Sequence record: NC_042018.1
Reading direction: 5' to 3' (one strand)
Length of the DNA stretch: 64,000 nt
Shown here: one piece after another, positions 48,001-56,867 of the stretch
Layout of the letters: every line of letters starts with the position of its first letter
Position numbering within the stretch: the first letter of the stretch is position 1
Position numbers and translations under genes: made by a program
Notes under the pieces: model-generated
The model's database searches: none
What the model was told of the DNA's origin: nothing
Seen by the model: only the letters and a program-made list of their open reading frames with translations

Positions 48001-48390
48001 CATTACCGAGGCGAAGTGTCGTTGTTGAACGGTAACATGACATTACGCTTGAGCTCAACGGTAGATAACGGTACGGGAACTGAGATTGATCTGATTACAG
48101 GTCAAACGTGGTCACCGGGTGTACGTTATACTGGACCGGGTGGTAGCGAAGCAGGATGGAACACACTGAATTCCTGGTCGAAGGTGATGCCTGGATTGGC
48201 TATTCCGAACATCCAGAACGCGAAGTCCGCAACGGTACGTGTAGTGCCTGTTCGTGGTCGTCAAGGTGACGTAGCAGTATTGCAGCAACCAACCGCAGCA
48301 AACAACTGGACGTTCATTACTGGCGGAACTGACTTACCGGGTGGAAGTGACAACTACATCTGGCAGGTTTATTTAACCGTTAACTGGTAA
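45088..48390 (+). CDS. Tail fibre-like virion protein (paralogue 3) with an extra C-terminal domain
   Basis: The likely GTG start at 45088 follows gagga. HGETRNTIGLSKVDNFRTATLTE matches the HxxT..LG..DNF..AT fibre motif. RGSAIPVT is followed by about 140 extra aa. Confidence 0.65.
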   Translation: MIIIERWKEPPVLDTPEPKFGEVIRSLNDLLFLAEQQTQQFNASTTAKLDTIKTKLTRFSVDLPARIDVHLNGKGAMHGETRNTIGLSKVDNFRTATLTEQRDMVDVDALCTPAGVQAAVDKNNSFRQEDYQKNDLFPFGSIHTPDLYPRVSTNWKNVPYFQNDYCTLGYQNDRVIVSPKQDASKYSGFTGFVSDSLQAASMMLLNEQSDMAMSYLGEGWGMRGAQTSDNKVAVFRPLANLKKFNYPSQMNLPGSKAYILWDEYITDLVQGFAVSVDVSGSTISVYHDVFKALNPTTDPTLTSAVSLGVLTSLTWIGGLDLVPVRGSHAYNLYNFIDADPGVTIAVNPAARIKVSPTLIWAVQDKEIYVHIAVPVIVAANGKSKEYVLRFTESWNVAGINNGSQISTTQLGVLTKDYVNANLEIRDTPKWMMPCDWTDALNPVGLPGVFLKSGYVIQARSTKYGIKVKYSTTPLKSSLEWINGYKTAKKPSSAVTRTFSPGRYLSFGEIPERILPMDVSNGVTRYLSYQDINKKHGYGWTEHTWFNDKVMKAGSPVNTHSALSPDNSIVYEFSNDFNKSLVIKAGKNGGIATSGMAFTFANDFVGKDGFSYQSGIVKPGVDVALGKPIIAAMQTHGLKILKRAAAQYGTGYDARKSELTNQVYCFDNSKILVIISDGLAYAEAGLFTYRIENGVLNAEIPLTDDQFFRITDSTKRPSLLSRTSATGDGVNHLFADLLIYQEDDDTFHVGVPRAFGHVFGDLTFSITNYRTKPAFTPRITNPARLYSNDSPIDVVEELYPQVLATTFGLFAFQPSITSAVQTRLQQAGGSFTMDPYLPPDAYYCIVPSGTRCILGGRSVTLERSYYLPFDGTDNTHFYLTRNGDDVLLEKSIGLMEPSNSSVLYAYYHPGELTIVPSYIVLDDHVLSYARRGSAIPVTLDTGTAIGSNVFFRRGDVNYVDVPVAQFELLADYHYRGEVSLLNGNMTLRLSSTVDNGTGTEIDLITGQTWSPGVRYTGPGGSEAGWNTLNSWSKVMPGLAIPNIQNAKSATVRVVPVRGRQGDVAVLQQPTAANNWTFITGGTDLPGGSDNYIWQVYLTVNW

Positions 48391-48396
48391 CAGACT

Positions 48397-48428
48397 CTAC
48401 TACTCTCTCCTTGCGGAGAGAGTAGTAG
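48397..48428. terminator. Bidirectional terminator
   Basis: CTACTACTCTCTCC-TTGC-GGAGAGAGTAGTAG. Confidence 0.8.
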
Positions 48429-48438
48429 TTTATTAACG

Positions 48439-49422
48439 TTATTGAGGTCCGGCAGTTTTGTCGCCACCTTTTTCCACACCGCCGTGAAGGTGTTTATTAA
48501 GGCTGACGTTAGAACGCACATCCGAAGCAGAGTAAATCTCTTCTGTGGATTTAATCCCGCCTTTCTGGTCAATATTGCCGGTTAAATCAATATCGCCTTT
48601 CCAGGTTGTTTTCGGACAGTCGACATTCCAGGAGCTGGAAATTTGGAACTGGGTGTTCTTAGCCTGCACCTGCCACGTATCACACTGGATGTTTAACTTC
48701 TTGGTCAACAGGTTAATCTCTTTATCAGCGTTGAGATTAATCTTGTCCTTAGTGTACGCAGTCAGTACTTGCTTGTTGATGTTGAACACACTGCCGTCGG
48801 CGTTGGTATACGTCAGGCTACGTTCAATGTCATCCAGCACCAGATAACTCTTCTCTTTACCCCCCACCATAATTTTCCCGGCCATGGCATCAATCATGAC
48901 TTCAAAGACGGTCTTCTCCTGGTTCTTCTGCGAGGTACGGAACGAGACCTTACCGGTGTGGGTAGAAATCATGAAGGTGTAGAAGTTATCAATGTTGAAA
49001 TCTTCTTTATCCGGATCAGTGATGTTCTCATCGGTTGCTGGACTGGCACTCCACCCGTACATAACCGTTTCCAGACGCATGGTCTTGGCGTTCATCCCCC
49101 AGGTGGTCCAGTAATACTTCTTCTGACCGGTTACCTGGTAGATGCTTACCTCAGAGCCCTCACGCACATCGGGAGATGACAGGCGGTTCGAGTCACCCAT
49201 GGACTTCCAGAAAGCCGGCACGGCGTTACTCATTAAAACTTTACTGTTAACTGTATTACCTTGAGCATCCAAACTTTGTTTTTCTTGTTGCTCTGCGGTG
49301 GCTTCAACTTTACCATCCGCCATCGGGAACTTGCTGGGCAGGTAGACCATGATTTGGTCAGTGTTGGTGTTTTTGTTAGCCGCCACTATACCTGTCCCTA
49401 AGAATTGAATCATACTGCTCAT
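48439..49422 (-). CDS. Baseplate central spike (gpV/gp138-type) with HxH metal-binding tip
   Basis: An N-terminal OB-fold-like region, beta-strand repeats, and a C-terminal VSLNKHLHGGVEKGGDKTAGPQ typical of P2 gpV-type spikes. Confidence 0.8.
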   Translation of the reverse strand: MSSMIQFLGTGIVAANKNTNTDQIMVYLPSKFPMADGKVEATAEQQEKQSLDAQGNTVNSKVLMSNAVPAFWKSMGDSNRLSSPDVREGSEVSIYQVTGQKKYYWTTWGMNAKTMRLETVMYGWSASPATDENITDPDKEDFNIDNFYTFMISTHTGKVSFRTSQKNQEKTVFEVMIDAMAGKIMVGGKEKSYLVLDDIERSLTYTNADGSVFNINKQVLTAYTKDKINLNADKEINLLTKKLNIQCDTWQVQAKNTQFQISSSWNVDCPKTTWKGDIDLTGNIDQKGGIKSTEEIYSASDVRSNVSLNKHLHGGVEKGGDKTAGPQ

Positions 49423-49500
49423 ACGAATATCCCTAGGAATAATAAAAATAAACTAGCAAGCCATCTTATCATGGGCCACTAAACTATAAGATTTCGTATC

Positions 49501-51960
49501 ATGATACTGAAACTCATCCTGGAAAACTACGTTCCATTAGCAACAAGCGGCATTAACAAAATCGAGCTTGACGTAAACCACATCGTCAACTTGTTAATCA
49601 GTGTCAACGGCTCCGGTAAAACCAGTATTCTCAAAGAGATGAATCCACTGCCTCCGGACAACGCCAACTACAAAACAGGCGGCCGTAAATACATCTCGAT
49701 AATGCACAACCAAAAACACTTTGTGCTGGATTCATATACCCACAAAGGTAACGGTCACAGCTTCAAGGTTGATAACAAAGAGATGAACGAAGGCGGCACG
49801 CTCACCGTTCAAAAGAACCTGGTGTTACAGTTCTTTAATCTCGACAACAACCTGAACAAAGTGTTGAGTGGGTTAAAAGTACCTGACCAACTCAGTGCCA
49901 TGTCAACGTTACGTCGTAAAGAAGTCTTTATGCGTATCTATCCCAACAACACGGACTATGCGGTTGGGGTGTACAACAAGTTAAAGGATGAACGCAACAG
50001 CTTAAAGGGTGCGATTAAGAATCAGGTTACCCGCTACGCCGAAGAGAACCGGAAACTGGAAACCCTGAGCGGGATGACCATCGGGGAACTCGAAGACCAG
50101 GTCAAGTACATCGAAGAAGAGCTCAAGCATGCGCTGCTGTTACGTGGTCAGTTAGAGAACGCTGAGATGGACCCGGAGATGCGTAGCAAGTATGACCAGT
50201 TCAGTCGCCTGGTTGATAGCTTAACGTTGAACGTGGCGAAAGCCACCTCCATGAGTCACGAAGAGCTGTTACGTGAAGCGGCTCGGTTAGAGAACATGTT
50301 GGACTTTAACCTCAAGCACGCTGAGAAGTACACCACGCTGATTAACGAGTATACCAAGAACTTGTCAGGGTTAAGTTTAGAAGAGCAAGACCCGAAGAAG
50401 TTCAAGGATCAGCTCGAAATCATCAGTGATGAATTGGTGCGGTTGAATGAGTCAGTTATTCAACACGGTGAGACGCTGAAAGCTTTCCCTATCTTTAATG
50501 ACGGGGAAATGTACGAAGAGTTGACGGTGATTGCCGAAGACTTTACCAGCTACCTACACCGTATCACGTTAGCCAGCTCGCCCGAGTTAACCAGCGGTCA
50601 GTATAAGCAGTGGTTAGCAGAAATCGAACAGATGAGTAACACCATTCGGTTACGTAAACAAGAACGTCAGCAGATTGCGCATCAGTTAAAGCACATGCAG
50701 CAGGCCGATGTGATTGAGTGCCCGGAGTGTACGCATAAGTTCAAACAAGGTATTACCCCGCAGGATATTGTTCGTGTAGAGCAGGGATTGATAGCCGCCG
50801 ATAAGTTCATCGAATCTCAGGAAGCCAAGTTAGTGAGTTTGCAAAAGCAGATTGACAACGACGCCGACTGGTATTACAGCATGAACCAACTCGCTAGCTT
50901 TGTGCGGGAAAACCAGCACGTTCGTGTACTGTCTACGTTGATGCGTGAATACAACCTGGGTAAAGATCCAACCGAACGGTTGATTAACGGCCTCAGGATG
51001 CATTGTAATCGCGTTAAACTTATCAAACGTAGAAACGCCTTGATGGAAGAGGAGAGCGTCTTAAAAGGGCGCATACAAATCCTCGAAAACAATAATATGA
51101 GTCAGGCGCTGGAACAAATCCGGTGGGCCGAAGGGCAATTAGCTGACTTTAATCAGGGTATTCTGTTATACAGAGGGAAGTTGAAGGACGTTAATCGCGA
51201 ACTTGAACTGATTCGTCGCCACGAAATTGATTTGGAAACGCTGCTGTTCTTACGGGAAGAACTCTACTCAGGTTTTGTTAACCGAGCACGGGCTGAACTC
51301 CGTAACACAGTAGACAACATCATTACCACGCTGGGTCCACGTAAAGACCGTCACCTGGCCGACATTATTCGCACACGTTCTTTGAGTTCTGTTGTGGCTT
51401 CTATTGATGAAGATATTCAACGCTTAAAGAAACGATTAGTTATCGTTGAAACAGCCATGGATGGGTTGTGTCCGAATAAAGGGTTAATTGGTAAACTGAT
51501 GTCCGATTTCATTCAGGCCGTCTGTGGTAACATGAACGCCATCATCAAAGACGTTTGGAACGAACGCCTGCTTATTAAACCTTGCACGAAGGAGAATGGA
51601 GATTTAACGTATAAGTTCCCGGTGATAAACGGTGAAGATTCGGTTAACTCGGACATTGTTGATTGTTCGGCTGGCGAAAGTGAAATCATTAACTTTGCTT
51701 TCCGCTACGTCATGTTGCAATATCACGCTGACTATCCAATGTTCATGGATGAAGTCGGGGTATACTTCGACGAAATTAACCGCGGCCGTTTCTTTAACTT
51801 CATCAAGAACTATGCGTTGAGTGGCGACTGCACACAGATGTTTATGATCTCCCACTACGTTAACCAGTACGGCATATTCAAAGACGCAAACATCATTGCG
51901 CTGAAGTACGACGGGTTGACGATTAATGGGGAAGTGAACAAGCATTCTGTCATACACTAA
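49501..51960 (+). CDS. sbcC: SbcC/Rad50-like SMC ATPase
   Basis: Walker A SVNGSGKT, a long coiled coil with central CPEC zinc hook, ABC signature CSAGE, Walker B FMDE and switch ISH. Confidence 0.88.
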   Translation: MILKLILENYVPLATSGINKIELDVNHIVNLLISVNGSGKTSILKEMNPLPPDNANYKTGGRKYISIMHNQKHFVLDSYTHKGNGHSFKVDNKEMNEGGTLTVQKNLVLQFFNLDNNLNKVLSGLKVPDQLSAMSTLRRKEVFMRIYPNNTDYAVGVYNKLKDERNSLKGAIKNQVTRYAEENRKLETLSGMTIGELEDQVKYIEEELKHALLLRGQLENAEMDPEMRSKYDQFSRLVDSLTLNVAKATSMSHEELLREAARLENMLDFNLKHAEKYTTLINEYTKNLSGLSLEEQDPKKFKDQLEIISDELVRLNESVIQHGETLKAFPIFNDGEMYEELTVIAEDFTSYLHRITLASSPELTSGQYKQWLAEIEQMSNTIRLRKQERQQIAHQLKHMQQADVIECPECTHKFKQGITPQDIVRVEQGLIAADKFIESQEAKLVSLQKQIDNDADWYYSMNQLASFVRENQHVRVLSTLMREYNLGKDPTERLINGLRMHCNRVKLIKRRNALMEEESVLKGRIQILENNNMSQALEQIRWAEGQLADFNQGILLYRGKLKDVNRELELIRRHEIDLETLLFLREELYSGFVNRARAELRNTVDNIITTLGPRKDRHLADIIRTRSLSSVVASIDEDIQRLKKRLVIVETAMDGLCPNKGLIGKLMSDFIQAVCGNMNAIIKDVWNERLLIKPCTKENGDLTYKFPVINGEDSVNSDIVDCSAGESEIINFAFRYVMLQYHADYPMFMDEVGVYFDEINRGRFFNFIKNYALSGDCTQMFMISHYVNQYGIFKDANIIALKYDGLTINGEVNKHSVIH

Positions 51961-51974
51961 CAATAGTTTTTCAG

Positions 51975-51992
51975 ACCTACATTATTAGGCTG
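51975..51992 (+). promoter_or_regulatory. Putative phage promoter motif
   Basis: ACCTACATTATTAGGCTG; 14 nt identical to 20704-20717. Confidence 0.55.
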
Positions 51993-52065
51993 ATAGAGGC
52001 AAGATTTAAGTGCAATATCCGAAGCAGTCTTGCCTCTAAAAACAAAATAGAGGAAACACCGTATC

Positions 52066-52764
52066 ATGTTCAAGTCAATTCTTATCACTTTAGGGGTCGT
52101 TTTCAGCTTGATGGGCGCGCCAGCACTGGCTAGCACAAGCACGGCACACCCAGCCGAAATTAAAGGGTTCAATAAACTCAAGGACTACATATTCGAGGCA
52201 GAACAAAAAACGGGGACGTCAGCCGAGTTGCTTACGGCCTTGTTAAGTGTCGAATCCACCATGGGACACAATACTGTTAACCGTCACAGCAGTGCGCGTG
52301 GGGTGATGCAGTATACCAGTAAAACCTGGCGGGCGGATTTAAAGAAGTACCATAAACAGTTGGGGTTATCAGCCAATGCCTCTGTCACTAATCCACGTGC
52401 CGCTATTCTGGTCACGGCAGCAGCATTAGCCGATAATAAAGTTTACCTACAACGTAAAACAGGCAGAACCATCTCTAACGGTGATTTATACATGACCCAT
52501 TTTGTTGGCCTAGGCGGTGCGGAGAAAATCCTACGAGGAGAATCTACCACTCGCGTGTCCAAACTGGTTACTGTACACAGTAAGAATGGAAAGCGTTACC
52601 ACGTCAAAGGTAAGGTTGCCACGGTCGCTCAATTCCGGGCAAAGATGAATACCTTAATTAAGAACGAGACACGTAAATACGCCGTGGCTCTGGATCAAAG
52701 TCGAATGGATAACTTGATGACTGCTTTGAGTAACAACAAATCTTACGCAGTGGCTTCACTGTAA
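52066..52764 (+). CDS. Lytic transglycosylase (SLT family) with N-terminal signal peptide; candidate endolysin
   Basis: MFKSILITLGVVFSLMGAPALA| signal peptide, catalytic LSVES, SSARGVMQY, and LYMTHFVGLGGA. Confidence 0.8.
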   Translation: MFKSILITLGVVFSLMGAPALASTSTAHPAEIKGFNKLKDYIFEAEQKTGTSAELLTALLSVESTMGHNTVNRHSSARGVMQYTSKTWRADLKKYHKQLGLSANASVTNPRAAILVTAAALADNKVYLQRKTGRTISNGDLYMTHFVGLGGAEKILRGESTTRVSKLVTVHSKNGKRYHVKGKVATVAQFRAKMNTLIKNETRKYAVALDQSRMDNLMTALSNNKSYAVASL

Positions 52765-52882
52765 TTTGTTACCACGCGGTTTCATAGTTATGAGGATAAT
52801 GTACTTGAAATAACTAACTGTAGTAGACGATAAAATCAGGGGTCGATTCTACATGAGTTGTTCTAGTCGAATGAGGTTAATT

Positions 52883-53140
52883 ATGACTAAGCAAATTGTT
52901 AAAGCAACTGTAGTGGATGACGTTCTGGTTCCCAACCCCAATGGTGAAACTGAAGTCATCGTAGATATTGAACAAAACGCCGGTGATTGCAAGACTGCTA
53001 CCCTGTCTTTCTGGGGTAACATCCAAGGGGTCGTCAGCTATGACGAAACCGGTGAACGTGTGGTTAGCCATATGGCACTGGGAATGGGCGACACTGCGAA
53101 TATTGCATCGTCCATTGAAAACATTGCCAATGTAATTTAA
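52883..53140 (+). CDS. Hypothetical protein
   Basis: ATG at 52883 after gagg; 85 aa. Confidence 0.6.
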   Translation: MTKQIVKATVVDDVLVPNPNGETEVIVDIEQNAGDCKTATLSFWGNIQGVVSYDETGERVVSHMALGMGDTANIASSIENIANVI

Positions 53141-53147
53141 TCACGTC

Positions 53148-53183
53148 AGGTACTCTCTAGGGCTTGTCCCTAGAGAGTAACCT
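53148..53183 (+). terminator. Rho-independent terminator
   Basis: TACTCTCTAGGG-CTTGT-CCCTAGAGAGTA followed by TTTATT. Confidence 0.75.
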
Positions 53184-53212
53184 TTATTATGCTTTTTTGA
53201 AGGATTGCTTTT

Positions 53213-53704
53213 ATGCTGTTACTTAAAGATATCCGCGAATTAGATGAAGTACGTTTCCCGTCGAGCATTAACCACTCGTATAAATGGTGTCTTTTACCTT
53301 ATCAAAGCGGTAACGACAGCAACGACCTGCTGTTGATGTTAATCCGTGAACCGATTCGTTTACCTTTGCCGCCGAAGTTTGGCTACTACAATAACTGGGA
53401 TATGCCAGAAGTTGAAACGGAAACCATTGAGTGTATCAGCCTCAGTCGTGCCGGTCAGCTCTGGAGTGCAGAAGTCGGGACCGACGGTACCAAGACCGTG
53501 GCGGACTTCGTGACCTGGATTATTGCCATCATGGTGGTGAAGATCAAGAACATGCTGTTGGAAGTCGATATCGAAGACGAGAAGGTTTATCCGTTTGCTC
53601 GAGGGTTTGTGGATGCGCATTCACAAGACCAGGGACTCCACGCTATTGCTAACGTGCTGACCAACAACTTTAGTCAGCTGTACTATTTTTCTAATACACA
53701 CTGA
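53213..53704 (+). CDS. Hypothetical protein
   Basis: 163-aa ORF with RBS aagga. Confidence 0.6.
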   Translation: MLLLKDIRELDEVRFPSSINHSYKWCLLPYQSGNDSNDLLLMLIREPIRLPLPPKFGYYNNWDMPEVETETIECISLSRAGQLWSAEVGTDGTKTVADFVTWIIAIMVVKIKNMLLEVDIEDEKVYPFARGFVDAHSQDQGLHAIANVLTNNFSQLYYFSNTH

Positions 53705-53714
53705 GATTACCGTA

Positions 53715-54392
53715 ATGAGCTTTGTATTAAACTTAGACATGGACGACGTTGTTACCGACACCAACACTTTAATGGTGAGCGACTTAATCACCATTCTCAA
53801 AGACTACGATCATCCTGCAGCGGAATACTTATTGCACCATTTAATTATTCACGACGACCTCCATACTCTAGCGTTTCAAGAAAGGTTGCGTAAGCACGCG
53901 CCAGAGTTGGGGACGTTGTTGGATACCGTTATCAAAACGGCTATCATGGACAAAGGGTGTTACATGACCCGTGTCAAACCCAACTACGCCGTGGTGGACT
54001 ACATCCGGACCACTTTAGCCAAAGCGGTAGAGAGTGGTCGCATTGAACTGGCGGTGACAACACACCGTGGGTTCCATGTGGATGCCACGGACCTGACCAA
54101 GGCGTGGTTACGGGAACAGAAGGTTGAACATCTGATTAACGATTTCAACGTCCTGGATTACCGCACCATTCCCAACAAGCTGGTTTACCTGCGCGAGCGC
54201 TACGGCGATAACTTCCTGCTGGTTGACGACAACCCTATCGCAGGAACAGAACTGCTGCCGCACCACAAAGAGTTGGTGATTTACACCAATGGGCGGAAAC
54301 ACCTCAGTCGGTACACCAATCAAGCCATTGTCAATAACGTTGCTGAACTCCATGCGCACCTTATTGAACTGGGTGTGATTGGTTACTATTAA
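53715..54392 (+). CDS. HAD-superfamily phosphatase (5'(3')-deoxyribonucleotidase-like)
   Basis: Motif I LDMDDVV, motif II VTTHRG, motif III K, motif IV LVDDNP. Confidence 0.7.
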   Translation: MSFVLNLDMDDVVTDTNTLMVSDLITILKDYDHPAAEYLLHHLIIHDDLHTLAFQERLRKHAPELGTLLDTVIKTAIMDKGCYMTRVKPNYAVVDYIRTTLAKAVESGRIELAVTTHRGFHVDATDLTKAWLREQKVEHLINDFNVLDYRTIPNKLVYLRERYGDNFLLVDDNPIAGTELLPHHKELVIYTNGRKHLSRYTNQAIVNNVAELHAHLIELGVIGYY

Positions 54393-54400
54393 GGAAACCC

Positions 54401-56332
54401 ATGAAAGCCATTAACCAAGACATACTCGAACAAATGCAAACGTTGCATGAGCAGATTGCTCATTATAACCACCTGCATTTCGTTGAGAACAAGTCCGAAA
54501 TCAGCGATGAAGAGTTTGATGCGTTAATGCGAGAACTCAACACCCTGAAGGCAACCAACCCCAAAGAAGCCCGGGAGCTGGAAAAGAAGTCGGCGGTGAT
54601 TCCGTTGTCCGGTGGCGGGACGGAATTAGAACTGGCACGGCTGGAAGAAAAGATGTTGTCACTCAATAAGGTGTATAACCAAGGTGAGTTAGACATCTTC
54701 ATGAAACAGCAGCCTGAAGGTGCAACGTTTAGCTACGAGTACAAGCTGGACGGCTTGGCATTGGAACTCAACTACGTGAACGGAGTGTTAAAGGAAATCC
54801 TGACGCGCTATGACGGTTCTAACGGTGAGTTGGTTACTCATGCGTTGCCGTTGTTCAACAACATCCCGCTGGAAGTACCAGAATGGCGTGATATCCCCAC
54901 CCGTCGGGTACGGGGAGAAGGATACATCACGTATGCCAACTTTGCCCGTTACAATGAAGTGTCAACGCTGCCGGCAAAGAATACCCGTAACTCGGTAGCC
55001 GGTTGGGTTCGTGCTTTACCACAGAACCAGAATCCCCTGGCAAAAGGATTGCTGAGCTTTAACACGTATTGGTGTGACGCTGACTTCGGTAAAACCACGT
55101 ACGATGAAGTCATGGACGAACTGGTTAAGCTGGGCTTTGAGCGTGCGCCAAAGATTACCGAACTCTACATTGAAAACAATGTACGTAGTACGGTTGTGCC
55201 GGTGGATGGAGTGGTCATCAAAGTCAATGAGTTAGCGCTGCAGAAGAAGCAAGGTAACCGAAGCAACAGTCCGCGTTGGGCCATTGCGTATAAGTTCCCT
55301 GCTGAAACCGCTGAAACCCGTTTGACCGATGTGGTATGGCAAGTGGGTCGTACCGGAGCCGTAACCCCGGTGATTCAATATTCACCAATCATGCTGATGG
55401 GGGCAGAGTGTTCACGTGCTACGATCCATAATTATCGCCGTTTTATTAACCACGGTCTGCGTATCGGTAGCCGTGTGCTTATCTCTCGCAATGGTGACGT
55501 GATTCCTCACTTAGCCAAGGTGATTGATAACGGCAACGGGAAAATCATCCATGCCCCTAAAGCCTGTCCGAGTTGCGGAGCCTTACTCTCTTACGAAGGA
55601 GAGAATGACGAAGCGATTCACCTGCGCTGTAATAACGTCGCCAGCTGTCCTGCACAGTTAGCCCAGCGTTGTTATAACCTGGTAGATAAGGATGGATTGG
55701 ATATCGATGGGATTGGCCTGGTAACGATCACCAAATGGATTGAAGAGGGGTTAGTGAAAAACCCGGCTGATATCTTCCGGTTACCGGAGTCCGCTACTAA
55801 CCCCGGTATCTATGCCCGTATCCATGCCGCCCGCCAGGTGCCGCTGAATAAGTTCATTAAAGCACTGAGTTTGCCGAGCGTGGGTGTAGTGACTGCAATG
55901 AACATTGCCAAGGCGGTAGGGGATTATGAATTACCCTACTTTCTGACGCAGGTCGAACTGTTAGCGGCTATCCCTGACATTGGTCCGGGTACGGCTATGG
56001 AAATCGCCAACGCTGCCCAAGACCCAGAGTTCGTGAAGCTGCTGACTCGGTTATTGGAAGAGGTGTCGCTGATTCCACCTAAGGTTGAAGTTTACACCTG
56101 TAAGGCTGCCATCAGTGGGTCAACGTCGATGCCGCGGTCTGAACTGGAGGATATCTTCCGGGAAAGCGGTATTGAGATTACCAACAAGGTAACCAAGGAT
56201 TGTAAGGTCATGTTGGTGGGACAACGACCCAGTAATCCGAAAGTTGCCAAAGCCAACAAGTTTGGTTTACCTGTTATCGATGTGGTATCGGTTCCTGATA
56301 TCCAGGCATTAATTGAGAGGATTTTAGCATGA
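54401..56332 (+). CDS. ligA: NAD+-dependent DNA ligase
   Basis: Domain Ia (ISDEEFD), KxDG (EYKLDG), VRGE, AYKF, OB-fold GRTG.TP, Cys4 zinc finger, HhH repeats and a C-terminal BRCT. Confidence 0.95.
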   Translation: MKAINQDILEQMQTLHEQIAHYNHLHFVENKSEISDEEFDALMRELNTLKATNPKEARELEKKSAVIPLSGGGTELELARLEEKMLSLNKVYNQGELDIFMKQQPEGATFSYEYKLDGLALELNYVNGVLKEILTRYDGSNGELVTHALPLFNNIPLEVPEWRDIPTRRVRGEGYITYANFARYNEVSTLPAKNTRNSVAGWVRALPQNQNPLAKGLLSFNTYWCDADFGKTTYDEVMDELVKLGFERAPKITELYIENNVRSTVVPVDGVVIKVNELALQKKQGNRSNSPRWAIAYKFPAETAETRLTDVVWQVGRTGAVTPVIQYSPIMLMGAECSRATIHNYRRFINHGLRIGSRVLISRNGDVIPHLAKVIDNGNGKIIHAPKACPSCGALLSYEGENDEAIHLRCNNVASCPAQLAQRCYNLVDKDGLDIDGIGLVTITKWIEEGLVKNPADIFRLPESATNPGIYARIHAARQVPLNKFIKALSLPSVGVVTAMNIAKAVGDYELPYFLTQVELLAAIPDIGPGTAMEIANAAQDPEFVKLLTRLLEEVSLIPPKVEVYTCKAAISGSTSMPRSELEDIFRESGIEITNKVTKDCKVMLVGQRPSNPKVAKANKFGLPVIDVVSVPDIQALIERILA

Positions 56333-56652
56333 TAATTCGCAATGGTTATATCGTTCACCTGATTAACCAAAAGGGCAGTGCTGCTGAGCTGGAAAAGGTG
56401 TTGCCGGACAATGTGAAGGTTAACGTAATAGAGATTGGGGAACGCCGCCTGCAGCTGATGATTCCGGATAGCACTACGTTTACTGAACAGTTGGGTAACA
56501 GTCTGGTGGCTACTGGTCCGTTCCTGGTGTCGCAGATGATCTCCGCAAAGGGTGAAATGTATGTCTACTACACCAAAGACGACTTCCGCAGTCAGGTGAA
56601 AGAAGATAACCAGCGTCTGGCCGGCGATCTGTTTAACCCTGGACGTCATTAA
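56329..56652 (+). CDS. Hypothetical protein
   Basis: 107 aa with an ATGA overlap with the ligA stop. Confidence 0.6.
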   Translation: MIIRNGYIVHLINQKGSAAELEKVLPDNVKVNVIEIGERRLQLMIPDSTTFTEQLGNSLVATGPFLVSQMISAKGEMYVYYTKDDFRSQVKEDNQRLAGDLFNPGRH

Positions 56653-56858
56653 TGGAAAAGACCAATGTGAAGCATGTTGCATTGGTCGGTCCTCCTTTGA
56701 CCACTACCCTCGTGAGTATGGCACTGGGAGGACAATCCAGTCCGGCGAATTTTGTCTATCAAGCACTGCCCGAAAACCCACCACGTTTTCAAGGGCGGGA
56801 AGTTATCATCTCAGCAAAGGGTAACCTGTACCCGGCCGCTAAAACTCGACGCAAATAA
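56652..56858 (+). CDS. Small hypothetical protein
   Basis: 68 aa with a TAATG coupled overlap. Confidence 0.45.
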   Translation: MEKTNVKHVALVGPPLTTTLVSMALGGQSSPANFVYQALPENPPRFQGREVIISAKGNLYPAAKTRRK

Positions 56859-56867
56859 GGATAGAAA

